A stretch of 64,000 nt of DNA, taken from Macrostomum hystrix (Eukaryota; Animalia; Platyhelminthes). The first letter of the stretch is position 1, and each line of letters starts with the position of its first letter. The stretch lies in NCBI GenBank assembly GCA_950097015.1, contig CATNEN010000001.1:3224001-3288000 (forward strand). The letters run 5' to 3'. A program made the translations under genes and the position numbers. The notes beneath the pieces were generated by a model. That model did no database searches and had not been told where the DNA came from. It worked only from the letters and a program-made list of their open reading frames with translations. Below are positions 1 to 12,086 of this stretch, one piece after another.

Positions 1-210
1 CCGGACTCCGGCCGCTGCGACTCCACCGCTGTGCTGACAGACTACGACTTCGATGTCAAGTACATTGCTGGGAAGAGCAACGTCGTGCCGGACTTCTTGT
101 CTCGATGTCACTCAGCGGAGCCCGCCAACGAGGAAGAAGAACAAGTTCATGGACGCTCTCTGGACGCTGCTCTGGGCCTACAAGGGTGTCTCCCCGGAGC
201 AACTGCATGA
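1..210 (+). mobile_element. Degenerate Ty3/Gypsy LTR retrotransposon pol fragment (end of RNase H domain)
   Basis: Frame +1 from base 1 reads ...VLTDYDFDVKYIAGKSNVVPDFLSR..., matching the Gypsy RNase H C-terminal motif (L.eYdf.i.y..Gk.N..aD.LSR). It stops at 208-210 with no integrase following, and is truncated by the window edge. Confidence 0.7.
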
Positions 211-1822
211 TGCTCGGGCGAAAGATGGCAACTCCGCTGTCCATCCAGCGGCTGCAGGCATCCGAGACCGCCCGCGTCGGAATCTAGAAACCCGGAACCG
301 AGGCCGGATGCCACTGTCAAAGTTCGCCACGGGCGAGTCAAGCAAGTGCGTCGGACGTCCGAGCCGGACTAACTGATAGATTGCGCATTGACTGTTGGAC
401 TTTGGCAGTGGCTAAAGATCCGGCACCGTACTCAATTGTTAAACGTCTCGAGTTCCGATTAAACACCAGACTGGCTGGGGGCTGTGGGCTCGGAAATATA
501 ACTGTGCGCTTCCAAAGTAAAAAACAAATAATTAAGAAACACCACCGACAAAGCTCTAGCGCCCGCCAATGAGAGCAGTTTAAGTTATTGTGATCATAGC
601 ACGGTCAGAAAAATTTATGATGACTGACCTACGACGATCTACGACGGGTAAATCGTTGACCCGTCTCGTGCAGGAAGGCGCAGAAAGGCGCGTACCATTG
701 CTTGTTACCGCACTAGATCTTTCTATAATAAAACAGAACTTAAAACTCGTACCCAATGAAAGAAATGCCATGAAAGATTTGGTCTGGTGCTGCTGACCGA
801 TTATCGAATCTTCAGTAAATAAAATTAACCATTGGTTGTTTTGAAGGCAGTTCCAAATAACGACACTGATGACTGTTTCTTATAAAAATGTTCCCGTTTT
901 AAGCAGCAATTTTATCCGTTTTTAATTCTTCATCGATCGTTAGGCCCTATCCAAATATTTGAATAGAACAAGCAAGATAGTGGTTGTATCATCTACTAGG
1001 CATTAGACCTTTTATTACTATTAGGGTATTGCAAATATTTTACTGGAAGTTTATCACTCATGCACAACACGCAGCCAGGTAAAATGGAGTTATAGCAAAA
1101 TAATTGGCTAAAATCAACAGACCAAAGGCAAAAATTGCAGGAGAACAAATGGACAGAGATGGAAAGAAGAAATAAAACTTGAGTCAGATTTGATAAACTT
1201 TTAATCTCTTGAAGGAGGGCCAAACTACTATGATTTAGTTTTCTTTGTTTTGTAACTTTGTATATTTATCAGTTTAAATCTGACTTTAATTGTACAAAAT
1301 TTCTTTGGTTTAATTATCACATTCTTTTCTCAGTTTTTTCTCTTCTAGGCCTACTCAGTTTTTTTCTTTCTCATTTTGTCTACACTGATTTTATTCTCCT
1401 TCTTTTCCACTCTCATTGTTTTTGTTCTATTCCACCCTAGCTATTTTTTCATTTCTCTCTCTTGTACTCACTCTGTTTTCTTCTCTTTTCTTTCTCTGTT
1501 TTCTTCTTTGTCTCTTCTACTTTTTTCTTGTATTTTACTCTCTCTGCTTTTCTATTCTTCCTTTCCTCTTTGCTTTTCTTCTCTTTGATAGAAAATAAAG
1601 TTCCTGAAAATAAAAGAAAACTATGTTGTGAATGTGAGTAATAATATTAACCCAAAAAGTTTGAACTTAACTACCCAAAATAGGCCTATAGTTAACTGTT
1701 CTATAGTCCCTTTTAGTAGAATCCCTCTAAGGTGTCAATTTCCCCAAAGCTTGTCAATATGCTACTAGGCCTATGATTTTATATAAATGTGTTCAATCAG
1801 TTCAATCCGATCCATAGGCCTA

Positions 1823-2116
1823 CATGCGCAACCTCTCAAATCTTAGCCAGCCATGCAACTTAGTTTTTGCTATATTTACGACTTAGTTTGCTCACATTTG
1901 TGACTTAGTTCTTTTCATTGCTCTATTTACAACTTAGTTTGCTCTCATTTGCTCTCTTTTTCTCTCCCCTTTTTCCTTTTCTTCACGCCTTCCTTTTTTG
2001 TTACTTGGTCCCCCCTTTGATTTTTTGCGCTTGGTCAATTGGTTTTTGCGACTTACCTTGCTTGGCCCTCATTTCACCCGGCCGGATTCAGCCGGGTTGG
2101 CCGGGTGTTGCGCATG
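1823..2116. mobile_element. MITE-like non-autonomous DNA transposon (~294 bp, TA target duplication)
   Basis: TA|CATGCGCAAC at 1821-1832 and GTTGCGCATG|TA at 2107-2118 are perfect inverted ends. There is an internal GC hairpin CACCCGGCC(2075-2083)/GGCCGGGTG(2099-2107) and internal ACTTAGTTT repeats. Confidence 0.55.
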
Positions 2117-3014
2117 TATGATCAGATCTCAAATCAATGCAGTCTCTAGCATTGATGTACATGTAATTTGCAATTGTGACTTATTTTAATGTTTCACATT
2201 ATTTCTTTAAAAACTCTATCATTAAGTGTTCCAAATCTGTACATTTAAATGAAAATTGTATATTTTATCCTATCAAACTAATCTGCAACAAAGTATAGAT
2301 TCATATTTTTGGTTCAGAACTACTTCCCACAGCCTGCTAAGATTCTGGAGGTTGCACATGAATGAGTTTATTTTGTTGAACGATTTTGTACTTATTCAAA
2401 GACTTGCTTGCTAGTTAGTTTATGAAATAATCTTGCTATATGTATAGGTTTTAAGCTAATATTTTGACAAACATTTTTAAAATAAAAATTAATACAAAAT
2501 ATTCTTAGCTAAGAGTATATGTCAGGCTCTGACACCAATCTCAGGTTTAAAATCATTTTGTACACATTTCCTGCCAATGATTTCCTAATAATTTGCTTCA
2601 CACAAAACAAGAAAAATAAAGAAAACTTTTTTAAACTTGCATGTAATATATATATTTGCATTATATGCCATAGTTGTTTAAATTACATTTGTCACTCACA
2701 TTGCTACCCATTATTTTTGTGAGGGATTTTTAATTTAGCTTTTAAATGAAAAAAAATTCTTTAGGTTTAATGTATTTTACAAGTTTTATACAGTATTTGA
2801 GGGTCTAAATTTAGCTTTAAACTTGTGACTGGAAGTTAATAATATTTGAAAAAAAACTAATTATTTTGTTGTGTTCAAATTATATGAAATTGCCCATTAA
2901 GTAAAGCACTTTAATTTATTTTCAGTGCTTCGCTAGTTGAAATACAAAGCCAGTAAATTGTATGCTGGCACAATATTTTAGTAGCCATCTCAAAGAGCAC
3001 TAATCTTAGCAAAT

Positions 3015-4592
3015 ATGCAAGACCAAGGCGAGAAGGACAGAGAGAAAGAGGTAAGCATTAGTTCTGTATTCATTAAATGGGGCATTTTAGGTTAAATAGT
3101 ACTACAGGCTCATTAGTTTTTATTGAATTACATTTTTGACAAATCTACACAGTTTTAGCTTCACAAAAAAGTAAATTTTATCATCCATTCTGAGCAGAAC
3201 CTCCGTACTAATAGTCCGGCTCTGCAGCAGAGGAAATCAAACTTGCTTGTTGCTAGTGGATTGCGCCTACCCTCATTGGCGTCTTCGATAGCTGCCTCGC
3301 CTCAGCAGCAGGAGCAGCAGTCAGGTACTAGCTCCGCGTCAGCTGCAGGATTGAATAAGCATAGTGCCGTCTATAAGACAGGTGAAAAAAAAATGTCATT
3401 TGCTTTTAATTAAGCAGTTTTTTATTTGTCTTTTTAAAGCGTCGCTAGCCTATTAATTGGAGCAATTGTCGGACTAACGACTTCAAGGTCGGGGGTTCGA
3501 TTCCCAATTTTCATTTGCTAAAGGTTATCAAGCTGGTTAAATGGGTAGAAGATTTCAAATTTAGCAATAAACAAAACATTTGATAATTCCTAATCAGGTA
3601 CCATTGGGGGTCCGTTTACATCTCGCACCGAGGTCCCTAAGCTCGATTCCGCGGCGAGGCCACATTCATTTGGGGCGCAGCCGCGGAGAGAAGGCTTTGC
3701 GGGCTTGTCGCGCAGTTAACGCCCTTGTGGGCCAACCTCCAAGGCACAGTGAGAGTGTACACTGACGATGAGAAAGTCAGGGCAGATGTACACACCTGTG
3801 TGAGCGTGTGCCTGCGTACAGTATCTGTGTGCGTGTGTGCTCAGGAGTCAGCGAAATGAGCAGAATTGCCTCCTCGCTGGCTGCGTGCCTAGATAGAGTC
3901 TTCTAATGATGTGCCATTGCCCGCAGCCCTGTTGCAAATTACTATTATTATTATTATTATTATTATTATTATCCCCATTCCAAATAATCCTTATTCATAA
4001 ACTTCCAGTCGATCGCTCTGTTCAGCAGTCGCCGCTGTTGCAGCTGCCCCTGCCTCCGCAGTGCTCAACAGGCTTAGCGTCGATTGCTCAGCCTCGCAAA
4101 TCAATCGGCATGCCAACCTATTCCTCGCCTGTCGGAGTTCGAGACGGTCGACGCCCGGCCTTCGCCGCCTCAGCCGCCCAGCCAAGCAGTCCGCCGCCGT
4201 TGCCGCCGAAGCGACTCTGTCAGTCTTTGTCTCTGCACGCCGAACTGCTCAGGCCTGTCCCACTGCGGCCTGGAGCACTGGCTGGGGATCTAGAATCATT
4301 GCTGTGTCTGGGTCAGCGTCCGCCGCCGCCCGCACCGCCGCAATCTTTGAAGTCGTCTAGAAAGCGAAGGGTGCTTTTAACCAGCCGATCGAGAAGTTTT
4401 CTAGTCGGCTTGCCCGACGTGGCTTCGTCCGATTCCATTGTCGGCAATCAAAATTTGTCCGAGGGCAGTTTTGATCAGGAGCGGAAGTATGATAGCGTCG
4501 ACTATGACGACTGCGCGGCTAATTCAGATAGCGACTCAATTGCCGAGGCATCCGAATTTCTAGATTTAGAGCTTATAGAACGAGATCTGTGA
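3015..4592 (+). CDS. FAM53-like (simplet family) low-complexity protein, 3 exons, 267 aa
   Basis: Exons 3015-3050, 3198-3381, 4009-4592 have GT-AG boundaries and consistent phases (0,1), 804 nt in total. The motif PPPLPPKRLCQSLS..L.P..RP, an SRSRS segment and C-terminal LDLELIERDL resemble FAM53 (PPKRHCRSLS...; LD(I/L)xxIExN). Family call is from remembered motifs only. Confidence 0.55.
3438..3508 (+). other. Degenerate tRNA-like fragment (Pol III B-box), probable SINE relic or pseudo-tRNA
   Basis: GGTCGGGGGTTCGATTCCC resembles a T-arm/B-box. The A-box region is poor and no complete cloverleaf can be built. Confidence 0.3.
3606..3972 (+). mobile_element. tRNA-derived SINE, copy A (in FAM53-like intron 2; 5' head partly deleted)
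   Basis: Homologous to 22580-22877 (-) and 40373-40727 (+): AGGTCCCTAAGCTCGATTCC, CTCAGGAGTCAGCGAAATG, GCCTCCTCGCTGGCTGCG...CCCGCAGCC and a (TTA)n tail. Confidence 0.85.
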
Positions 4593-4732
4593 TCTTGGCC
4601 CTAGCTTGTGGTACTTGAAATCGGCGTAATTTTTTTCTAGCGAATTTTTTTTCTAGCGAATTTTTTTTCTAGCGAAATATTTTCCCGTTTTTTGTAATGT
4701 GTGTCTAGTAAGACCGCTAGGTTAGTTAGGCT

Positions 4733-4912
4733 AATGACTGATTAGTGAGGCCAGATAAGGGTCATCACAGATTAGAATGGCTAGATAAAGGTCATGACTG
4801 ATTAGTGAGTGTAGATAAGGGTCATAAAATAACGTTGACGCTAGATAATGGTAATGATATTATTGACGCTAGATAAGGGTAATGACTGACTAGTGAGTGT
4901 AGATATGGGTAT
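4733..4912. repeat. Degenerate ~30-bp tandem repeat (ATGACTGATTAGTGAG..AGATAAGGGTC)
   Basis: About 6 diverged units downstream of the FAM53-like stop codon. Confidence 0.6.
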
Positions 4913-5368
4913 CCAGGATATTAATAAAAACTTTATGCTTCTTCCGAGTCCGTTTTGCACGCTTTAGTTTGACGTGACATGTTTTGTGCATTTCAATATT
5001 TTGATATCCATTTCAATCAGTTTACAAATATCCTAGACATATTTATGTAAGAATAGGGTTTCGGCCGATTACCCTCGTATATCGTCGATTCGATATTTGT
5101 ACTAATTATACTTTGTCCTTCAGTTGGTGCTGACTGTAGGTGCTAATTGCCTTGGTTTGTTTTTTAACGGCTTTTTAGTAGTAGTTTGTGCTTCTCTGTG
5201 AATTTTATGCTCCATTCACTGGTGTGTATTCACAACTTACTCGTATCCTACTATGAATTTGTATTCTCATTCTAAATATTAATCCATAAAAGTTTTACCT
5301 GCCAAGCATTGTACCTTGTAGTTTTAATGCCAAATATTAGGTTCATTTAAATTCCTAATTTTACACGC

Positions 5369-8300
5369 TATTTCCCAAAACTGAGATGCCATTTCCCAAA
5401 CTGAGTTACCATTTCCCAAAACTGAGATGCCATTTCCCAAACTGAGTTGCCATTTCCCAAAACTGAGATGCCATTTCCCAAAACTGAGATGCCATTTCCC
5501 AAAACTGAGATGCCATTTCCCAAAACTGAGATGCCATTTCCCAAAAATGAGCTGCCATTTCCCAAAACTGAGTTGCCATTTCCCAAAAATGAGCTGCCAT
5601 TTCCCAAAAATGAGCTGCCATTTCCCAAAACTGAGCTGCCATTTCCCAAAACTGGGTTACCATTTCCCAAAACTGGGTTACCAATTCCCAAAACTGAGAT
5701 GCCATTTCCCAAAACTGAGATGCCATTTCCCAAAACTGAGATGCCATTTCCCAAAACTGAGATGCCATTTCCCAAAACTGAGATGCCATTTCCCAAAACT
5801 GAGATGCCATTTCCCAAAAATGAGCTGCCATTTCCCAAAACTGAGATGCCATTTCCCAAAACTGAGATGCCATTTCCCAAAACTGAGATGCCATTTCCCA
5901 AAACTGAGATGCCATTTCCCAAAAATGAGCTGCCATTTCCCAAAACTGGGTTACCAATTCCCAAAACTGAGATGCCATTTCCCAAAACTGAGATGCCATT
6001 TCCCAAAACTGAGATGCCATTTCCCAAACTGAGTTGCCATTTCTCAAACTGAGATGCCATTTCCCAAAACTGAGATGTCATTTCCCAAACTGAGTTGCCA
6101 TTTCTCAAACTGAGATGCCATTTCCCAAAACTGAGATGCCATTTCCCAAAAATGAGCTGCCATTTCCCAAAACTGAGCTGCCATTTCCCAAAAATGAGCT
6201 GCCACTTCCCAAAACTGAGCTGCCATTTCCCAAAACTGGGTTACCATTTCCCAAAACTGGGTTACCAATTCCCAAAACTGAGATGCCATTTCCCAAAATT
6301 GAGATGCCATTTCCCAAAACTGAGATGTTATGTCTGAAAACTGAGTTGCCATTTCTCAAACTGAGATGCCATTTCCCAAAACTGAGATGCCATTTCCCAA
6401 AACTGAGATGCCATTTCCCAAAACTGAGATGCCATTTCCCAAACTGAGTTGCCATTTCTCAAACTGAGTTACCATTTCTCAAACTGAGATGCCATTTCCC
6501 AAAACTGAGATGTCATTTCCCAAAACTGAGCTGCCATTTCCCAAAACTGAGCTGCCATTTCCCAAAACTGGGTTACCATTTCCCAAAACTGGGTTACCAA
6601 TTCCCAAAACTGAGATGCCATTTCCCAAAATTGAGATGCCATTTCCCAAAACTGAGATGTTATGTCTCAAAACTGAGTTACCATTTCCCAAAACTGAGAT
6701 GCCATTTCCCAAAACTAAGATGCCATTTCCCAAAACTGAGATGCCATGTCTCAAAACTGAGTTACCATTTCCCAAAACTGAGATGCCATTTCCCAAAACT
6801 AAGATGCCATTTATCAAAACTGAGTTACCATTTCCCAAAACTGGGTTACCATTTCCCAAAACTGAGATGCCATTTCTCAAAACTGAGATGCTATTTCCCA
6901 AAACTGAGATGCCATTTCTCAAAACTGAGATGCCATTTCCCAAAACTGAGATGCCACTTCTCAAAACTGAGTTGCCATTTCCCAAAACTGAGATGCCATT
7001 TCCCAAAACTGAGTTACCATTTCCCAAAACTGAGATGCCATTTCTCAAACTGAGTTGCCATTTCTCAAACTGAGATGCCATTTCTCAAACTGAGATGCCA
7101 TTTCTCAAACTGAGATGCCATTTCTCAAAACTGAGTTACCATTTCCCAAAACTGAGATGCCATTTCCCAAAACTGAGTTACCATTTCCCAAAACTGAGAT
7201 GCCATTTCCCAAAACTGAGTTACCATTTCCCAAAACTGAGATGCCATTTCCCAAAACTGAGTTGCCAATTCTCAAACTGAGATGCCATTTCTCAAAACTG
7301 AGTTACCATTTCCCAAAACTGAGATGCCATTTCTCAAACTGAGTTGCCAATTCTCAAACTGAGATGCCATTTCTCAAAACTGAGTTACCATTTCCCAAAA
7401 CTGAGATGCCATTTCTCAAACTGAGTTACCATTTCCCAAAACTGAGATGCCATTTCCCAAAACTGAGATGCCATTTCCCAAAACTGAGATGCCATTTCCC
7501 GAAACTGAGATGCCATTTCCCAAAACTGAGATGCCATTTCTCAAAACTGAGATGCCATTTCTCAAAAATGAGATTCCATTTCCCAAAACTAAGATGCCAT
7601 TTCCCAAACTGAGTTGCCATTTCCCAAAACTGAGATGCCATTTCCCAAAACTGAGATGCCATTTCCCAAAACTGAGATGCCATTTCCCAAAACTGAGATG
7701 CCATTTCCCAAAAATGAGCTGCCATTTCCCAAAACTGAGCTGCCATTTCCCAAAAATGAGCTGCCATTTCCCAAAAATGAGCTGCCATTTCCCAAAACTG
7801 AGCTGCCATTTCCCAAAACTGGGTTACCATTTCCCAAAACTGGGTTACCAATTCCCAAAACTGAGATGCCATTTCCCAAAATTGAGATGCCATTTCCCAA
7901 AACTGAGATGTTATGTCTCAAAACTGAGTTACCATTTCCCAAAACTGAGATGCCATTTCCCAAAACTAAGATGCCATTTCCCAAAACTGAGATGCCATGT
8001 CTCAAAACTGAGTTACCATTTCCCAAAACTGAGATGCCATTTCCCAAAACTAAGATGCCATTTATCAAAACTGAGTTACCATTTCCCAAAACTGGGTTAC
8101 CATTTCCCAAAACTGAGATGCCATTTCTCAAAACTGAGATGCTATTTCCCAAAACTGAGATGCCATTTCTCAAAACTGAGATGCCATTTCCCAAAACTGA
8201 GATGCCACTTCTCAAAACTGAGTTGCCATTTCCCAAAACTGAGATGCCATTTCCCAAAACTGAGTTGCCATTTCTTAAAACTGAGGTGCCATTTCCCAAA

Positions 8301-8441
8301 ACTGAGATGCCATTTCTCAAAACTGAGTTACCATTTCCCAAAACTGAGATGCCATTTCCCAAAACTGAGTTACCATTTTTCAAAACTAAGATGCCATTTC
8401 TCAAAAAATGTGTTGCCATTTCTCAAAACTGAGATGCCATA
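5369..8441. repeat. 20/21-bp minisatellite (CCATTTCCCAAAACTGAGATG), ~3 kb
   Basis: Directly visible tandem periodicity. It is the source of the MPFPKTE/GNGISVL pseudo-ORFs. Confidence 0.97.
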
Positions 8442-9208
8442 TCTTAACCTACATTATTCTATTTAAAATTCGAAAACAAATGTTAAAAAAGAAGAAATTA
8501 AAGCATGCTGACAAAAATTTTCATTAGTAATCTTGTACATAAATTTTTGCGAATGTCTCAGCTTTCAAAAAATCCTACTGTGTTTAATATTAGCTTAATT
8601 TCATCAGGAGCCGCATTTTACAAACCGTGGATTTCGCACAGTGTTTGCTGCAATAAATTTTAAAAGTCATATTTTACTTCTGTTATTTTCCGAGAATCCG
8701 AGAATTGGTAATTTTTTTCCATTCTTTCGTTTATCGTATCTTTTTGGCAATATCAATCAGACAGCATTATTACATTTGTTTTCTTTCCCTGTCAAGTATA
8801 TGTATATGCTAGCTAATTTGCTGGATATTTGGTTAATCGCTTCTAAAAAAGGTGCTGCTTGCCATTGAAAAATAATCTGACGCGCTAGTAGCTGTCAATA
8901 CAACAAATTTATTGCCTTGTAAATAATCTATTTAAACAATAAGATAATTATTTTTTATCGAGTAACGTCTCTTGCAAACTGTAGCTGTGTATTTATTTTC
9001 CATTAGTTTTATTTCATGTTGTGCGTATTAGTTACATGTATTGTTAATTACTAAACATGACTTGTCTACTAATAATATATTCAATCGATACAATTTCTAT
9101 TTATTGCAATGTTTGTGCTCTTGTACATAACTAGATAAACATTGTCAGCTGTGTTGCCACTTTCCATTTTTTATTAATTAATGCCTTGTCACTTAACTGT
9201 CACTATTA

Positions 9209-10912
9209 AGCTAGTGCCATTTTGGTATTGACTGCCACTTTGAAGCTAGTATTGCCATTGGCATTGCCTGCCACTTTGAAGCTAGTGCCATCTTGATATT
9301 GACTGCCATTTTGAAGCTAGTGCCATTGGCATTGCATGCCACTTTGAAGCTAGTGCCATCTTGATATTGACTGCCATTTTGAAGCTAGTGCCATAGGCAT
9401 TGCCTGCCACTTTGAAGCTAGTACCATCTTGATATTGACTGCCATTTTGAAGCTAGTGCCATAGGCATTGCCTGCCACTTTGAAGCTAGTGCCACTTCGG
9501 TATTGACTCCCACTTTGAAACTAGTGCCATTTTGGTATTTACTGCCATTTTGAAGCTAGTGCCATTTTGGTATTGACTGCCATTTTAAAGCTAGTGCCAT
9601 TTTGGTATTTACTGCCATTTTGAAGCTAGTAGTGCCATAGGCATTGCCTGCCACTTTGAAGCTAGTGCCATTGGCATTGCCTGCCACTTTGAAGCTAGTG
9701 CCATTGGCATTGCCTGCCACTTTGAAGCTAGTGCCATAGGCATTGCATGCCACTTTGAAGCTAGTGCCATCTTGATATTGACTGCCATTTTGAAGCTAGT
9801 GCCATAGGCATTGCATGCCACTTTGAAGCTAATGCCATCTTGATATTGACTGCCATTTTGAAGCTAGTGCCATAGGCATTGCCTGCCACTTTGAAGCTAG
9901 TGCCATCTTGATATTGACTGCCATTTTGAAGCTAGTGCCATAGGCATTGCCTGCCACTTTGAAGCTAGTGCCACTTCGGTATTGACTCCCACTTTGAAAC
10001 TAGTGCCACTTCGGTATTGACTGCCATTTTGAAGCTAGTGCCATTTTGGTATTGACTGCCATTTTGAAGCTAGTGCCATTTTGGCATTGCCTGCCACTTT
10101 GAAGCTAGTGCCATTGGCATTGCCTGCCACTTTGAAGCTAGTGCCATTGGCATTGCCTGCCACTTTGAAGCTAGTGCCATTGGCATTGCCTGCCACTTTG
10201 GCATTGCCTGCCACTTTGAAGCTAGTGCCATTGGCATTGCCTGCCACTTTGAAGCTAGTGTCATTGGCATTGCCTGCCACTTTGAAGCTAGTGCCATTGG
10301 CATTGCCTGCCACTTTGAAGCTAGTGCCATTGGCATTGCCTGCCACTTTGAAGCTAGTGCCATTGGCATTGCCTGCCACTTTGAAGCTAGTGCCATTGGC
10401 ATTGCCTGCCACTTTGGCATTGCCTGCCACTTTGAAGCTAGTGCCATTGGCATTGCCTGCCACTTTGAAGCTAGTGCCATTGGCATTGCCTGCCACTTTG
10501 AAGCTAGTGCCATTGGCATTGCCTGCCACTTTGAAGCTAGTGTCATTGGCATTGCCTGCCACTTTGAAGCTAGTGCCATTGGCATTGCCTGCCACTTTGA
10601 AGCTAGTGCCATTGGCATTGCCTGCCACTTTGAAGCTAGTGCCATTGGCATTGCCTGCCACTTTGAAGCTAGTGCCATTGGCATTGCCTGCCACTTTGAA
10701 GCTAGTGCCATTGGCATTGCCTGCCACTTTGAAGCTAGTGCCATTGGCATTGCCTGCCACTTTGAAGCTAGTGCCATTGGCATTGCCTGCCACTTTGAAG
10801 CTAGTGCCATTGGCATTGCCTGCCACTTTGAAGCTAGTGCCACTTCGGTATTGAGTCCCACTTTGAAACTAGTGCCACTTTAGTTTTGACTGCTATTTTG
10901 AAGCTAGTGCCG
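9209..10912. repeat. 33/34-bp minisatellite (GAAGCTAGTGCCATTGGCATTGCCTGCCACTTT)
   Basis: Tandem periodicity, homogeneous in 10081-10850 and mixed variants upstream. Confidence 0.97.
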
Positions 10913-11565
10913 TTAACTGTGAATTTTAACCACTCAGTAAAATGATATGAGAAAAGCGTTATTAAAAGTGCGCACAAATAGTTCCTGCAAATAACAAATT
11001 TAATCTTCATACAAATGACAAGCACATCAGGTTATTATATTCTCACAATAACCAAATATCCATCACTTTCGTTGACTAAGATTGTAGAGTCAACATAACA
11101 TTTAAGCGAGGTTTTAACAGTTAGATTGTAAAAGTGCAACTCATCACGATACAATAACAATAAATATTGCCAATTTACCTATTTAAAATACGACTGAGCA
11201 TAGAAATGCTGAATATAATCAATCATAAATGTACTAGCATTTTCTTTTAACACATGTTTTAAATAACCTAGTGGCAGTGTAAACCGCTAGATGTGTCGCC
11301 AGTGTGTGTCAAAACTAAAAAAGCATGTACCAATTTTGTATCTAGCTTTTAATAAACAATTCACACAAAGTATAGTGTTCGGCCAAAACCTGCTTGCTTG
11401 GCACAGAAACTGCAAAAGGAATTTGGTGCCAACTTATTACGCACGCTAAAAACAGAACCCTTTTAATGCAGCACAAAGTTACTAAATAGTGTCCAATATT
11501 CTTGTTATTTAGTGAGTTGAATATATTACCTCTAAATACTACTATCTATAGTAGGTTCGGGCAGA

Positions 11566-11939
11566 GATTAACGAAATTTCCATAAATCCATTCTAGCAGA
11601 TTCAGGTAGGGATTAACGAATTTTCCACAAATCCATTCTAGCAGATTCAGGTAGGGATTAACGAATTTTCCATACATCCATTCTAGCAGATTCAGGTAGG
11701 GATTAACGAATTTTCCATAAATCCATTCTAGCAGATTCAGGTAGGGATTAACGAATTTTCCATAAATCCATTCCAGCAGATTTAGGTAGGGATTAACGAA
11801 TTTTCCATAAATCTAGGCTAGCAGATTCAGGTAGGGATTAACGAATTTTCCGCAAATCCAGTCTAGCAGATTCTGGTAGGGATTAACGAATTTTCCATAA
11901 ATCCATTCTAGCAGATTCAGGTAGGGATTAACGAATTTT
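11566..11939. repeat. 45-bp tandem repeat, ~8 copies (GATTAACGAATTTTCCATAAATCCATTCTAGCAGATTCAGGTAGG)
   Basis: Tandem periodicity ~150 bp downstream of the SPT2 stop codon. Confidence 0.95.
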
Positions 11940-12086
11940 AAGGGAGATTAACAAAGACAGAGAAAAAAGATTCTGTCAGGCACAGTCAGATTGAGATTGG
12001 GATTACCGATTTTACTAGTAATAGCTAATGCTTTTGAAAGGCAGAAAGTGCACACAATCACGATTGAAATAGAAAATCATCCACAA

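Noticed and set aside
3438-3508. Functional tRNA gene
   Set aside because: Only the T-arm/B-box is recognisable, with no acceptor stem pairing.
5368-10861. Long ORFs of MPFPKTE, GNGISVL and ALPATLKLVPL repeats
   Set aside because: They are translations of 21- and 33-bp minisatellites, open in several frames and both strands, broken by unit indels, with no splice or homology support.
11566-11939. CRISPR-like regular repeats here and elsewhere
   Set aside because: Head-to-tail repeats without unique spacers, no cas genes, and a eukaryotic context.
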